DNA of 64,000 bases from an uncultured Chloroflexia bacterium. GTDB lineage: Bacteria > Chloroflexota > Anaerolineae > CG2-30-64-16. The notes beneath the pieces were generated by a model, which did not search any database, was not told the DNA's origin, and was given only the letters and a program-made list of their open reading frames with translations. Every line of letters starts with the position of its first letter. The stretch's first letter is position 1. Location of the stretch: positions 32,001 to 96,000 of the forward strand of contig CAVZDU010000007.1 in assembly GCA_963774265.1 (NCBI GenBank), written 5' to 3'. The position numbers and the translations under genes are program-made. Below are positions 50,194 to 59,960 of the stretch, piece by piece.

Positions 50194-50916
50194 TCACCCT
50201 ACCTTGGTGTGATCCAACCCCAGGCGCAGAAGGTTCGCGCGCACCTGGCGACCGTAGTCCGACCCGAGCAAGCGCAACATCTCCTGCACCTTCGCCCGCC
50301 GCGAATTGTCGCTGCGCGGGCAACCAGGCGGCGGAGGTGGAAACTCACGCGCGCGGGCGAAGCGGGCGATCTCGCTTTCGGGCGTGTAGATGAGCGGACG
50401 AATCAGGCGAAAGCGGCCGCGAAAGTAACTCGCCACCGGCGCCAAAGTATGGACGCTGCCGACGTACAAAAAGTTCAATAATGTCGTCTGCGCCACATCG
50501 TCCGCGTGGTGTGCGTAGGCCAGCACGTTGCAGTTCAGCGCGTCCGCCGCAAAAAACAGCGCCTTGCGCCGCAGCCAGGAGCATCGTTGGCATTCCAGCG
50601 GCGCTGCGTCGCCGGCATTCAGCTCCGGCGCGATGCTGCGATAGGGCAGACCGGCCGCAGCCAGCCAATCTTCCAGCGGTTGATGTGCTGCGGTGACACC
50701 AGTCGCATCCCCGCGCACGTGGATCGCTGCAAGGTCGTAGGTTACGTTCGCGAGGTGACGATAGCGGCCGAGTAAATCCAGTAGTGCCAGGCTGTCCTTC
50801 CCGCCGGATACCGCCACGGCCACCCGGTCGCCATCCCGCAGCATCTCATATTCACGGTCAGCCTTGCCCACGCTGCGCAGCAGAAAGTGAGCTTGTCGCT
50901 CAGCAGTGGCTGCCAC
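50194..50916 (-). CDS. ttcA: tRNA 2-thiocytidine biosynthesis TtcA family protein
   Basis: SGGKDS PP-loop, CQRC..RR, HHADD, IRPL. Confidence 0.8.
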   Translation of the reverse strand: MAATAERQAHFLLRSVGKADREYEMLRDGDRVAVAVSGGKDSLALLDLLGRYRHLANVTYDLAAIHVRGDATGVTAAHQPLEDWLAAAGLPYRSIAPELNAGDAAPLECQRCSWLRRKALFFAADALNCNVLAYAHHADDVAQTTLLNFLYVGSVHTLAPVASYFRGRFRLIRPLIYTPESEIARFARAREFPPPPPGCPRSDNSRRAKVQEMLRLLGSDYGRQVRANLLRLGLDHTKVG

Positions 50917-51763
50917 GGGCGACCCTTCTCTCCTTCAACCTTCGCACAGCTTTCATGGGCACGTAAACGCCCCCAAGATCCGACTCGCCTGGGCGGACGC
51001 CGTGGAAGTCGGTGCCTCCGGTGACGATGAGGTGATGACGTCGCGCAACCCCAAGAAGCTGTTCGATCGTGATGGCATCGTAGCCGTTATAGTAAACCTC
51101 GATGCCCGCGAGGCCCTGCGAGATCATCTCCGGCAGCAGGCCGGACTCGTCGAACCGTTCCTTGATCTTGCCATACCGGTCGAAGAAGACCGGGTGCGCG
51201 AACACGGGTAGGCCGCCGGCGCGGCAGATCAGCGCACACGCCTCAGCGGGCGTGAATTTTTCACGCTCGACATAAGCAGGACTGTTCCGGCCGATATATT
51301 GATCGAATGCCTGTCCGTAGCTGGAGACGTGGCCTGCCTCAACCAGCGCTTGCGCCACGTGCGGCCTGCCCACCGAACCCTCGCCAGCAATCTCAAGGAT
51401 GCGTTCGAAACGGATCGGTGCACCCATGCCGGTCAGGACTTCGGCCATTCGTTTGGCGCGACCTACTCGACCCTCGCGGATGAGGGCAAGCCTTTCGTTC
51501 AACTCTTCGTGGCGGTGATCGACGAAGTAGCCGAGCACATGAACTTCGGCCCCGGGCACATCAGTGTTGATCTCGACGCCCGGGATGATTTCCACGCCGT
51601 GGATAGCGCCTGCGGCGAGTGCTTCCGGGATGCCTGCCACGGTGTCGTGGTCGGTGATGGCCAGCACCTTCAGGCCCAGCCGGCTGGCGCGCTGCACGAG
51701 CTGAGCGGGTGCCAGAGTCCCGTCCGACGCCGTGGTGTGGGCGTGCAGATCGACCTGGTTCAT
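50900..51763 (-). CDS. PHP domain phosphoesterase (TrpH/YciV-like)
   Basis: DLHAHTTASDG, ITDHD, GRPH, AHP, GGTDFHG. Confidence 0.92.
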   Translation of the reverse strand: MNQVDLHAHTTASDGTLAPAQLVQRASRLGLKVLAITDHDTVAGIPEALAAGAIHGVEIIPGVEINTDVPGAEVHVLGYFVDHRHEELNERLALIREGRVGRAKRMAEVLTGMGAPIRFERILEIAGEGSVGRPHVAQALVEAGHVSSYGQAFDQYIGRNSPAYVEREKFTPAEACALICRAGGLPVFAHPVFFDRYGKIKERFDESGLLPEMISQGLAGIEVYYNGYDAITIEQLLGVARRHHLIVTGGTDFHGVRPGESDLGGVYVPMKAVRRLKERRVARGSHC

Positions 51764-53790
51764 CCCACCGCATCCGTGCCGCTGAGCTTCAGCAGCCCTG
51801 CCTCAGCCAGGAGCTTGAAGTAGGCCAGTGTGTGCTCATCGGCTTCGCGGCCCAATTCCAGCCACGCGAGCTCGCCGATCTCAGCCACGGTGTGCTGGCC
51901 GTCCGCCCAATATTGAAGCACCGGCTCGTAGTCGTGGGCGACGTGCCCGAATACCTCGTTCAACGCCCACAACCGCGGGAGGAGATCGGGTCGATCCGCC
52001 TGGAGGTTCATCGGGACGTCGATCGGGCCGGGGAAGATGCGATTTGGCGTGAGTCGCGCCGCTTCTGCCTGCCACGCTGCGCCGGGGCTTGACGTTTCGA
52101 CATCCTCTGCGGTGCGGATCAACCCCTCCAGGGCGGCCTCGGCCCACCTTTCCTCGTCGGCAGCTGCTGCCGTGACGCGCTCACACCAGGCCGCGTTGCG
52201 GGGCGCAATCCCAGGGTCGACGCGCGTCAGTTCTGCGAGCGCGCTCCGCATGCGTTCGGCACGGAAGGAATTGGTCTTGCGATAGCGCACCCAGGCTGCC
52301 TGTCGTGCTTCGGCTGTAGTCGCGCCTCGGATCACCTCAACGGCCTCCGAAGCCGCGTGGCTGGCCCACGCGGTGAAGCGTGACACCATCCAATGGCCGA
52401 GCCATTCCGCCTCAGCCGCGCCGGCTGTCGCGAGCCAGTAGGCGTAGACGGCAGCCAGCGCGCCGCTGCGCGCCAGGCTGTCCGGGCTCACCTTTTCGGG
52501 AGTGTCCTCCGATGTGTGGTAAAACTTGTCCGGCCAATGGATGATCATGGGCGTCGGGATGCCCACGGTCGGATCGGAGAGGATGTAGTGGTCCGAACCC
52601 GCGCTGAAGGCCGTTTCGGTGTGTCGGATGTTGCCGAGGAATGGCTCGCGCAGAGAGGCCAGAAGGTGATCGGCAAACGACGCCGCGGCCTGGGGCAGGT
52701 CCACCAGTTCCCATTGGCCGCCGGTGCGCGCCTGATCCGCTCCGACCATATCCAGGTTCAGCCCGGCCAGCCATCTTGCACGGCCTCCGTTCGGCGTCTC
52801 TTCTTCTCCTGCGCGAGCGGAGGCTGAGCTTTCGGCCAGGTAAGCGAAGGTGCCGGTCATCTCGGGCGGCCAGATGAAGCGGATGCCGCGGCGTGGGGCG
52901 GGCAGCCTACCGTCAGCCACCAGGCGCGCCAGTGTCACCGCGGTTTCAATGAGCGCGGCTGCGCCGGACGCGTTGTCGTGCGCTCCCGGCTGGGGATGGC
53001 ACAGGTGGCTGACGAGCAGAATCTCCTCCTCGTTGGTCATCTCGTCGCCGGGCAGCAGCGCCTCGACGACCTCCATCGCCCCCGGGTACAAGCTGCTGTC
53101 GATCGATGCGCGCACCCGCAGAGTTTCGCCCTTTTCCAGCCGAGCGCGCAGGGCGCGACCCTGGCGCGGGGAGATTACAAAGCCCCATGCATCCGGCTCC
53201 ACCTGGCCGGGCCACCAAAAAGACGTGTACTGGAGTGCATCGGGGAGGTCAAGTTCGGTCCGGCCTCCGGCCTCCATGCCGTCGAAGAGGATGCCGGCCG
53301 CGCCGAGCTGGCGCACGGCCAGGCTAACAACGCGGGCGGCGGGCTTCTTCGTCAGCACCACCTTGCCCGCAACGTCCAGTCCTTCATAATCGGCCAACTC
53401 GATGCCGCCCTTGCCCCCCGGCGCGACAACTTCAAATTCTCCCTCCACCGCGATGCTGCGCTGGATGAGGCTGGTCGGTGTGGCGGAGAAATCGCTAAGC
53501 AGCGTCGGGCTGCTGCCGACGGCAGGGGCGAGCAGGTGTAAGGTCGCGGACTCACAAGACCATTCGAGGAAGGACGGGCTCGACCAAAAGCGGGTGACCC
53601 CATCGGCCTGGTAACCGAGCACCCGCACCTCCAGGCCCGCGCCGTCCAGTTGCTCCGCGACGTAATTCGCGGCCGAGCGGAAGCCCGGGCTCGCCTGGAT
53701 CCGGTGGAAGCCGCTGATGGCCGAGACGTGCCGGTGGGCCATGTCATCCCGATAGGCGGCGCGAATGAGATCTGTATAGCTATAGGACAT
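51760..53790 (-). CDS. M28-like aminopeptidase (DUF4910 family)
   Basis: HLCHP..AHDNASG, PE, NLDMVG, GSDH, YHTSED. Confidence 0.82.
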   Translation of the reverse strand: MSYSYTDLIRAAYRDDMAHRHVSAISGFHRIQASPGFRSAANYVAEQLDGAGLEVRVLGYQADGVTRFWSSPSFLEWSCESATLHLLAPAVGSSPTLLSDFSATPTSLIQRSIAVEGEFEVVAPGGKGGIELADYEGLDVAGKVVLTKKPAARVVSLAVRQLGAAGILFDGMEAGGRTELDLPDALQYTSFWWPGQVEPDAWGFVISPRQGRALRARLEKGETLRVRASIDSSLYPGAMEVVEALLPGDEMTNEEEILLVSHLCHPQPGAHDNASGAAALIETAVTLARLVADGRLPAPRRGIRFIWPPEMTGTFAYLAESSASARAGEEETPNGGRARWLAGLNLDMVGADQARTGGQWELVDLPQAAASFADHLLASLREPFLGNIRHTETAFSAGSDHYILSDPTVGIPTPMIIHWPDKFYHTSEDTPEKVSPDSLARSGALAAVYAYWLATAGAAEAEWLGHWMVSRFTAWASHAASEAVEVIRGATTAEARQAAWVRYRKTNSFRAERMRSALAELTRVDPGIAPRNAAWCERVTAAAADEERWAEAALEGLIRTAEDVETSSPGAAWQAEAARLTPNRIFPGPIDVPMNLQADRPDLLPRLWALNEVFGHVAHDYEPVLQYWADGQHTVAEIGELAWLELGREADEHTLAYFKLLAEAGLLKLSGTDAVG

Positions 53791-53918
53791 CGGTCAAATC
53801 CCGGATGCGTGTTTCGATAAGGCATCACATCATAGCACAGCGCCAGCCGCGGCGGAAAATCACGCGACGCATGGGCGCTCCGTTGCGACGGACCGTCTGC
53901 CTGTGGTATAGTGCCGCC

Positions 53919-54560
53919 ATGCTCAACCAGCTCACTCATGTTTTGCGCCGGCACATCGTACTGATGCTCGCACTCGTTGTCGTCAGCATCTCTACGGCGG
54001 CCTGCGCTTCGGTTCCGCTCAATCCACAGTCAGGAGCTGCGACGGTAGGCGCACAAGCCGCCCGACCTTCGGTGACTTCGACGCGCGAGCCGCTGGCGAC
54101 TGGAATCGCGGCGAAGGTGACCGCTGCAGCCACCAGGCAGGCGACAGTGACTGCGACGCCCAAGGAGCGAGCCGCCAAGCAGCCGTCAGCTACTGCGACG
54201 CCCAGGCCGCGAGCCACGAAGCAGCCAACCGCCACACCCACCGCACCGCCGGCGCGTCGGGCCACGTCGAGCCCGGATGACGGTCTCCCCACAGTCGCAC
54301 AGGCCAGGCTGCCCCGCGAGGCGCGCGAGACGATCCGGCTGATCGAGCGAGGCGGCCCGTTTCCCTACGACAGAGACGGCGCGACGTTCCAAAACCGGGA
54401 GGGGCTGCTGCCGAAGCAGCCATCAGGCTATTACCGAGAGTACACCGTGATCACACCTGGCTCATCTGACCGAGGTGCGCGCCGGATTATTGCCGGCAAG
54501 GGTGGCGAGCTATATTACACGGACGACCATTACGATAGTTTCAAGCGGGTGATCCCATGA
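53919..54560 (+). CDS. Secreted guanyl-specific ribonuclease (N1/T1/Sa family) with lipoprotein-like signal and Ala/Thr/Pro linker
   Basis: GGPFPYDRDG..FQNREGLLP..YYREYTV..RGARRI..YYTDDHY. Confidence 0.92.
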   Translation: MLNQLTHVLRRHIVLMLALVVVSISTAACASVPLNPQSGAATVGAQAARPSVTSTREPLATGIAAKVTAAATRQATVTATPKERAAKQPSATATPRPRATKQPTATPTAPPARRATSSPDDGLPTVAQARLPREARETIRLIERGGPFPYDRDGATFQNREGLLPKQPSGYYREYTVITPGSSDRGARRIIAGKGGELYYTDDHYDSFKRVIP

Positions 54561-55015
54561 CACAAAACCTGAAAGCCGTGCTCGATGGCGATGCTGTCGC
54601 GCAGGTGTTCCGCCTGCAAGCGCGCACGAGTGCACGGACGATTGAGCACCTGGCCGAAGCCGCGGGCTGGCATTTCCTGCACCTGGACGGTGCACGCGTG
54701 GACACCAAGGCGGAGTTCTTAACGACTGCCGGCAAGGCGCTGCGCTTTCCAGGGTGGGCCGGACGGAATTGGGACGCATTTGAGGAGCTGGTCAATGGTT
54801 TGTCATGGCTGCCGCCTGCGAAGGGGTACCTGATGCTCTTCGAGCGGGCGAGCCGATTGGCCGGCGCGCAGCCTGAGACGCTTTCAGTCGCGCTCGACAT
54901 CCTTGAGACAGCCGCGCAAAACAGGGTTAAGGCTGGCATTCCACCGCTGGCCGTCCTCGTGCGCGGAGCAGGGCGGATCGCTGCCGGGTTGCCACTGGTG
55001 ACCATCGGCAAGTGA
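54557..55015 (+). CDS. Barstar family RNase inhibitor
   Basis: LDG..KAEFL..LRFPGWAGRNWDA; overlaps the RNase stop codon. Confidence 0.9.
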   Translation: MTQNLKAVLDGDAVAQVFRLQARTSARTIEHLAEAAGWHFLHLDGARVDTKAEFLTTAGKALRFPGWAGRNWDAFEELVNGLSWLPPAKGYLMLFERASRLAGAQPETLSVALDILETAAQNRVKAGIPPLAVLVRGAGRIAAGLPLVTIGK

Positions 55016-55036
55016 AATCCTGGCCGGGGTGAAGAT

Positions 55037-56779
55037 GTGAGAAACTACTTTCTGGTCCTGGTCATTCTGGTGCTTACGATCGCAGGCTGCACCCCGCCCC
55101 CCATGGCCCTGCGGGAGATGGCGCCTGCTGCTGCGTCCACAGCGGCGCGGGCGCCGGAGGTTGCCGCGTCACCGACTGTCATGGCCGCACCGATCGCGAA
55201 CGCTGCGACCGCCGCCGCACCTCTGACAGGAGCAGTCGCAAGCCCCTCCCCTACAAGCGTCGCGACCGTTCAGATGACGGGAGTGCCGGTGGCCAGCCCA
55301 ATGGGCGCGGCAGCAGGAACGCGTGAACGCGTTGGGGTCCAGCCAACGCGCCCGCCCCCGGCCGCGGCGCCTGCGACTGCCACTCCTTTACCCATCTTGC
55401 GTGGCTCCGAGGTGATTACCCAGACTCAGCGCGGGGCCACAACCTATCGCGTAACTGAGATCACCCTGCCGACCTATCCCTATGCGCCGCTGTTGGTGCA
55501 GACGACTGATCCCGATCGAGCCGGCTATCCGGTCTTCACCCTGGACCGCGCGGCGTACGAGGCGAGCAATCCACAGCCTGCACCGAAGAGTTATCGCCTG
55601 TTGGTGGTCGAGAATCGCTACCTGCGCCTGGGGATCCTGCCCGATCTGGGCGGCCGCATCTACGAATGCATCTTCAAGCCGACGGGCGCGAACGAGTTCT
55701 ATTCGAACCCCGTCATCAAGCCGACGAAGTGGGGACCGCCCAGCGCGCCCTATCCTGCGGGCGCATCGTGGTGGCTGGCCGCGGGCGGGATGGAGTGGGG
55801 TTTCCCGGTTGAGGAGCATGGCTATGAGTTTGGGACGGCCTGGGGGTTCGATCATGTCGCGCAGCCCGACGGTGGGGTGATGATCACCGTGTTCACCAAG
55901 ACCGGCCCACAGGCGCCCTACGCGGTGGTGGACATCATCCTGCCGCCCGAGACAGCATACTTTCTCATCAAGCCGCGCATCGTCAACCCGCTGGGCGCGG
56001 CGTTCCGCTTCAAGTGGTGGGCCAACGCGATGCTGGCCCCCGGTCCGGCGAACAGCGTCTCGGCCGACCTGCGCATCATCCTGCCGGTCAGTGAGGTGAC
56101 CGTGCACAGCACGGGCGATACTTCATTCCCCCTCCCAGGGCAGCCGATGCCGTGGCCCGTGTATGGCGGCCGGGATCTATCGCGGCTGGGCGCATGGCAG
56201 AATTACGCGGGCTTGTTTGCCCGGCCGGACGCCGCGGGAATCTTCGCTGGCGTGTATGATCCCAGCGCGGATGAGGGGATGGTGCGCGTGCAGCCGGAGG
56301 GTGTGGCGAAGGGGTTGAAGGTGTTCGCACCGCGCGGATCGAACGGGCTGGATCCATCGCTTTGGACCGACGACGGCTCAACCTACGTCGAGCTGCACGG
56401 TGGGCTGACCGCCACCTTCTCCGATTGGTATGAGCTTGAGCCGGGCAGTGCGGTGACGTGGACTGAATACTGGTATCCCGTTGCGAAGATCGGCGGGGTG
56501 ACCTTCGCCGACGAGGCCGCGGCCGTTTCGTTGATCCCTTCATCCGGCGGATTGCGACTGGGCGTGTTCCCCACGACGGCCCTCAGCGGCCGGCTGACGA
56601 TCAGCTTGCCCGGCGCGGAGCCGCTCACGCTCGATGCGCAACTCAGCCCGGAGCAGCCCTTCGTGCGTGAGTTGGTGCTACCGCAAAGTGCGCCCAGCCA
56701 GGGGCAAGTCGCGATCACCCTGGCGGATGGCGGGGGCGCGATCGTATTTGAATGGCAGGGGCCCGCCCAGTTGCGGTAA
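55037..56779 (+). CDS. DUF5107-domain lipoprotein (galactose-mutarotase-like fold)
   Basis: IAGC lipobox; LVVENRYLRLGILPDLGGRI, GGMEW, YVELHGG, EYWYP. Confidence 0.8.
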   Translation: MRNYFLVLVILVLTIAGCTPPPMALREMAPAAASTAARAPEVAASPTVMAAPIANAATAAAPLTGAVASPSPTSVATVQMTGVPVASPMGAAAGTRERVGVQPTRPPPAAAPATATPLPILRGSEVITQTQRGATTYRVTEITLPTYPYAPLLVQTTDPDRAGYPVFTLDRAAYEASNPQPAPKSYRLLVVENRYLRLGILPDLGGRIYECIFKPTGANEFYSNPVIKPTKWGPPSAPYPAGASWWLAAGGMEWGFPVEEHGYEFGTAWGFDHVAQPDGGVMITVFTKTGPQAPYAVVDIILPPETAYFLIKPRIVNPLGAAFRFKWWANAMLAPGPANSVSADLRIILPVSEVTVHSTGDTSFPLPGQPMPWPVYGGRDLSRLGAWQNYAGLFARPDAAGIFAGVYDPSADEGMVRVQPEGVAKGLKVFAPRGSNGLDPSLWTDDGSTYVELHGGLTATFSDWYELEPGSAVTWTEYWYPVAKIGGVTFADEAAAVSLIPSSGGLRLGVFPTTALSGRLTISLPGAEPLTLDAQLSPEQPFVRELVLPQSAPSQGQVAITLADGGGAIVFEWQGPAQLR

Positions 56780-56799
56780 GAGGGCCTTTCGAGTATACT
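56771..56799 (+). promoter_or_regulatory. Promoter of tRNA-Pro
   Basis: TTGCGG-N17-TATACT ending ~10 nt before the tRNA. Confidence 0.6.
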
Positions 56800-56808
56800 C
56801 TGGGTGTT

Positions 56809-56883
56809 CGGGGCGTAGCGCAGCCAGGTTAGCGCGCTTGATTTGGGTTCAAGAGGTCCGGAGTTCGAATCTCCGCGCCCCGA
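56809..56883 (+). tRNA. tRNA-Pro (TGG)
   Basis: CGGGGCG/CGCCCCG acceptor stem, CTTGA-TTTGGGT-TCAAG anticodon arm, GTTCGAATC T-loop; CCA not encoded. Confidence 0.95.
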
Positions 56884-56917
56884 TGTGAGACAGGCCAGTA
56901 CACAAGTGCTGGAATGA

Positions 56918-57553
56918 TTAAATACACACCAATATATATCTAATCTGGTAACGTTTCAAACCATACAAAGTATGCGATATCTGATCTTCCAGATCTCCCA
57001 CTTCAAGTATCTTGAATTCCTCAAAGTGGATCTTCAAATCATCCAGCGTAAAAAAGTGGAGAATTTTATCCGGCTGAACCGCAAAGGTATTCTCCTCAAC
57101 TTCTTCACCTTGTCCAAAGGAAGCATCTTGGTCTGAAATACCGGTAAAGAACATGAACCCCTTGGGAGACAATAGCTGTGCACTCTTCTGGACGAAACGG
57201 ATGCGATCAGGCTTAAGGAAAAGTTGAAGGACATTGAAACAATAAATCCCCTGATATGGACCTTGAACGAAATCGTTCTCAAGAAATGACCCATTATAGA
57301 GTTTTGTGGCTGGATCATACTCTTGGGCCAGGGCACAAGCCTCTTCTGATATTTCTATACCTGTCACATCAAAACCAGATGTCGAAAACAATTTACTGTT
57401 TCGACCATATCCAGAACCCGGAACCAGAATCTTATTAATCTTATGCTTACGAAACAGCGATAATGCAATCTCGGCAGATTTGCTATGCGTTTCCCCCCAG
57501 ATATGGTTATATTTAGAGAATTGTGTGTTCCAGTAGTTTTTGTTATTAGCCAT
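56918..57553 (-). CDS. Class I SAM-dependent methyltransferase (AT-rich, cassette-like)
   Basis: ILVPGSGYGRNS, TGIEIS; begins just after the attC site. Confidence 0.88.
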   Translation of the reverse strand: MANNKNYWNTQFSKYNHIWGETHSKSAEIALSLFRKHKINKILVPGSGYGRNSKLFSTSGFDVTGIEISEEACALAQEYDPATKLYNGSFLENDFVQGPYQGIYCFNVLQLFLKPDRIRFVQKSAQLLSPKGFMFFTGISDQDASFGQGEEVEENTFAVQPDKILHFFTLDDLKIHFEEFKILEVGDLEDQISHTLYGLKRYQIRYILVCI

Positions 57554-57590
57554 CGTTTCATCCAATCAAAGAAATTGTTCTCGACGAGCC

Positions 57591-57653
57591 GCCCAACGCT
57601 CCGGTTCAGCGGGGGGCCGCTTACGGGCCGTCCGCTGCAACCGGTTGTTAGGC
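57591..57653 (-). other. Integron attC recombination site
   Basis: Minus strand GCCTAAC-AA-CCGGTTGCAGCGG..CCGCTGAACCGG-AGC-GTTGGGC (RYYYAAC...GTTRRRY with one unpaired G), 4 nt after a stop codon. Confidence 0.85.
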
Positions 57654-57657
57654 CACC

Positions 57658-58296
57658 TCACTCACGCACATAGCGCAAGTGTGTGGCGGTTGGACTATCG
57701 AAGACCTTATCAATTCGAAACTGCGGCACGGCCTCGTGCAGGTTCTCGAACAGACGTCTCCCACCACCGAACAGCACGGGTGCCAGGGCGATTTCTAGCT
57801 CGTCGATGACTCCCATGTTCAAGTACTGCTGGATCACGTCCGCTCCACCCGAGATGCGAATATCACGACCGCCCGCAGACTCTCTAGCCTGCTCAAGGGC
57901 GCTCTCCGGGCCGTCGTTGACGAAGTAGAATGTCGTCCCGCCCGGCCGGACCCAAGGTTCGCGCTTCTCGTGGGTAAGAACGTATACTGGAGTGTGAAAC
58001 GGAGCCTCCTCTGGCCATGAGACCTCGCCTTGCTCGAACATTCGCTTGCCCATGATGTTGGCGCCGATGCGCTCCGTGGTGTTACGAACCATGTCATTGA
58101 CCGGACCGGTCTCTCCCCCTGGTCCGAGCTTGAGGTTCTCGCGGATGTACTGCTGATTAATGATCCAGGCCATCAGCTCACCCCACTTGGCACCCCAGTT
58201 CTTGTACTCAGGCTTCTCCCAATTCTCAATGGTCATCCCTTCCGGCGCCATGTAGCCGTCAAGGCTAAGTCCGATGTTCACGAAAACTTTGGTCAT
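57658..58296 (-). CDS. Dihydrofolate reductase / RibD C-terminal family protein (gene cassette)
   Basis: SLDGY, IMGKRMF, ISGGADVI, IDEL..PVLFGGG. Confidence 0.9.
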   Translation of the reverse strand: MTKVFVNIGLSLDGYMAPEGMTIENWEKPEYKNWGAKWGELMAWIINQQYIRENLKLGPGGETGPVNDMVRNTTERIGANIMGKRMFEQGEVSWPEEAPFHTPVYVLTHEKREPWVRPGGTTFYFVNDGPESALEQARESAGGRDIRISGGADVIQQYLNMGVIDELEIALAPVLFGGGRRLFENLHEAVPQFRIDKVFDSPTATHLRYVRE

Positions 58297-58372
58297 GATG
58301 CATCTCTCCTGATTCTGAAATGGGTTATACAATCCTTTGATCTCTTATACAAGTCCTCGGAGCTTAAAAGTA

Positions 58373-58426
58373 AGGGAAAGCCGCCCCCAAAAGCTCCTGG
58401 ACCAGGTGCGCGATGCCATCCGAGTC
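58373..58426 (+). pseudogene. Integron integrase (IntI) N-terminal remnant
   Basis: Translates (R)ESRPQKLLDQVRDAIRV, resembling the IntI N-terminal 'KLLDQVRxxIR' motif; divergent from the cassettes. Confidence 0.65.
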
Positions 58427-58555
58427 GAACTGCGCCAGATTTTACTCCCATCGTGCTGCCGGCATCTCGATGATATTGGAGCGCACAATGCGGAATCTTC
58501 CCACATCAGGCGGATAATCAGTATTCAATTGAAGCGCAAAAATCGTGAGGGAAAC

Positions 58556-59791
58556 ATGAACGAGAGACTGGAAACGATCATCATCGGTGGCGGACAGGCT
58601 GGCCTGGCAACCAGCTACCACTTGAAACGGCAAGGTCGTGAACATGTGGTTCTTGAACAAGCCGCACAAGCGGGCAACGCGTGGCGCAATGATCGGTGGG
58701 ATTCCTTTACGCTCCTGACCCCTAACTGGTCCTTTCGATTGCCCGGCGCGGAATATCAAGGAGACGCTCCCGAGGATTTCATGCCGCGGGATGAGATCGT
58801 CGCTCGCTTCGAACGGTATGTCGAAGGTTTTCATCTTCCTGTACGCTATCAGACTTCAGTCACCTCGGTCGAGCAAGACGCAGATGACCGGAGCTATCTG
58901 GTCAGAACCGATGAGACAATGATGCACGCCAGAAACGTAGTGATCGCCACCGGTCTCTTTCAGCGCCCAAAGATGCCATCGTTCAGCACCGATCTGGCCG
59001 CCCATATCGTACAGCTTCACTCGGGCCAATACCGCGACCCTCGATCGCTCCCCGCGGGTGCGGTCCTGGTGGTTGGCAGCGGACAGTCTGGTTGTCAGAT
59101 CGCAGAAGAGTTGTATCAAAGTGGGCGCAAGGTCTATCTGTGTGTGGGAAGCGCCGGGCGTGCCCCCCGCCGGTATCGGGGGAAGGATATCTACGAATGG
59201 TTGCAGCTCAGCGGGTTCCTCGACCGGACGGTGGACCAGCTCCCCTCGCCGAAGGCCAAATTCGCGGCCAATCCCCAGGTGTCTGGTCGCGATGGCGGAC
59301 GAACTCTCAATCTGCATCAGTTTGCGCGAGATGGCGTGGTGCTGTTGGGGCGCGTGCAGGGGGCGCGCGAGAGCCGAATCTGGCTGGCGCCCGACCTCAA
59401 AGAGAACCTGGCCAAAGCCGACAAATTCGAAGCGGAGATCGTCGGACTCATTGACGCGTTTGTCGCACGCACCGGACTGAATGTGCCTTCCGAAAGGCTA
59501 CCTGAACTGCGCGATGGTTACGAGGCAGAAGAGATCGCCGACTTAGATCTGCACTCGGCCGGCATCACGACCATCATCTGGGCGATGGGTTATGGGTTTG
59601 ACTTCAGCCTGGTCAAGCTGCCGGTCTTTGACAGTGACGGATATCCGGTTCAGAAACGTGGTGTGACTGATTACCCCGGGTTGTTTTTCGTGGGTTTGCC
59701 TTGGCTCTACAAGCAAAAGTCCGGGCTGATTGTCGGTGTAGGAGAGGATGCTGATTATATTGCGTCTGCGATTACTGCCGGAGCGTCATAG
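58556..59791 (+). CDS. Flavin-containing monooxygenase / FAD-NAD(P)-binding oxidoreductase
   Basis: IIGGGQAG, WRNDRWDS, VIATG, LHSGQY, VVGSGQSGCQIAEEL. Confidence 0.9.
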   Translation: MNERLETIIIGGGQAGLATSYHLKRQGREHVVLEQAAQAGNAWRNDRWDSFTLLTPNWSFRLPGAEYQGDAPEDFMPRDEIVARFERYVEGFHLPVRYQTSVTSVEQDADDRSYLVRTDETMMHARNVVIATGLFQRPKMPSFSTDLAAHIVQLHSGQYRDPRSLPAGAVLVVGSGQSGCQIAEELYQSGRKVYLCVGSAGRAPRRYRGKDIYEWLQLSGFLDRTVDQLPSPKAKFAANPQVSGRDGGRTLNLHQFARDGVVLLGRVQGARESRIWLAPDLKENLAKADKFEAEIVGLIDAFVARTGLNVPSERLPELRDGYEAEEIADLDLHSAGITTIIWAMGYGFDFSLVKLPVFDSDGYPVQKRGVTDYPGLFFVGLPWLYKQKSGLIVGVGEDADYIASAITAGAS

Positions 59792-59960
59792 GACTTAAGT
59801 TAATTATGCCCATATGCCGCTTGGCAAGTACGGATCCAGCCAGAAATTCGCCTGGGTCGACGATAAATACCGCGTTTCATGGCGGTTAAATTGGGCTTAA
59901 ATGTACTTTACAAACACGGTCGTATAGTTGACACTAATGATACGACATGGAGGCTGCACG

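Noticed and set aside
58337-58555. N-terminal extension of the monooxygenase ORF
   Set aside because: The real start is the ATG at 58556 with an SD; the upstream in-frame stretch is the intI stub plus non-coding DNA.
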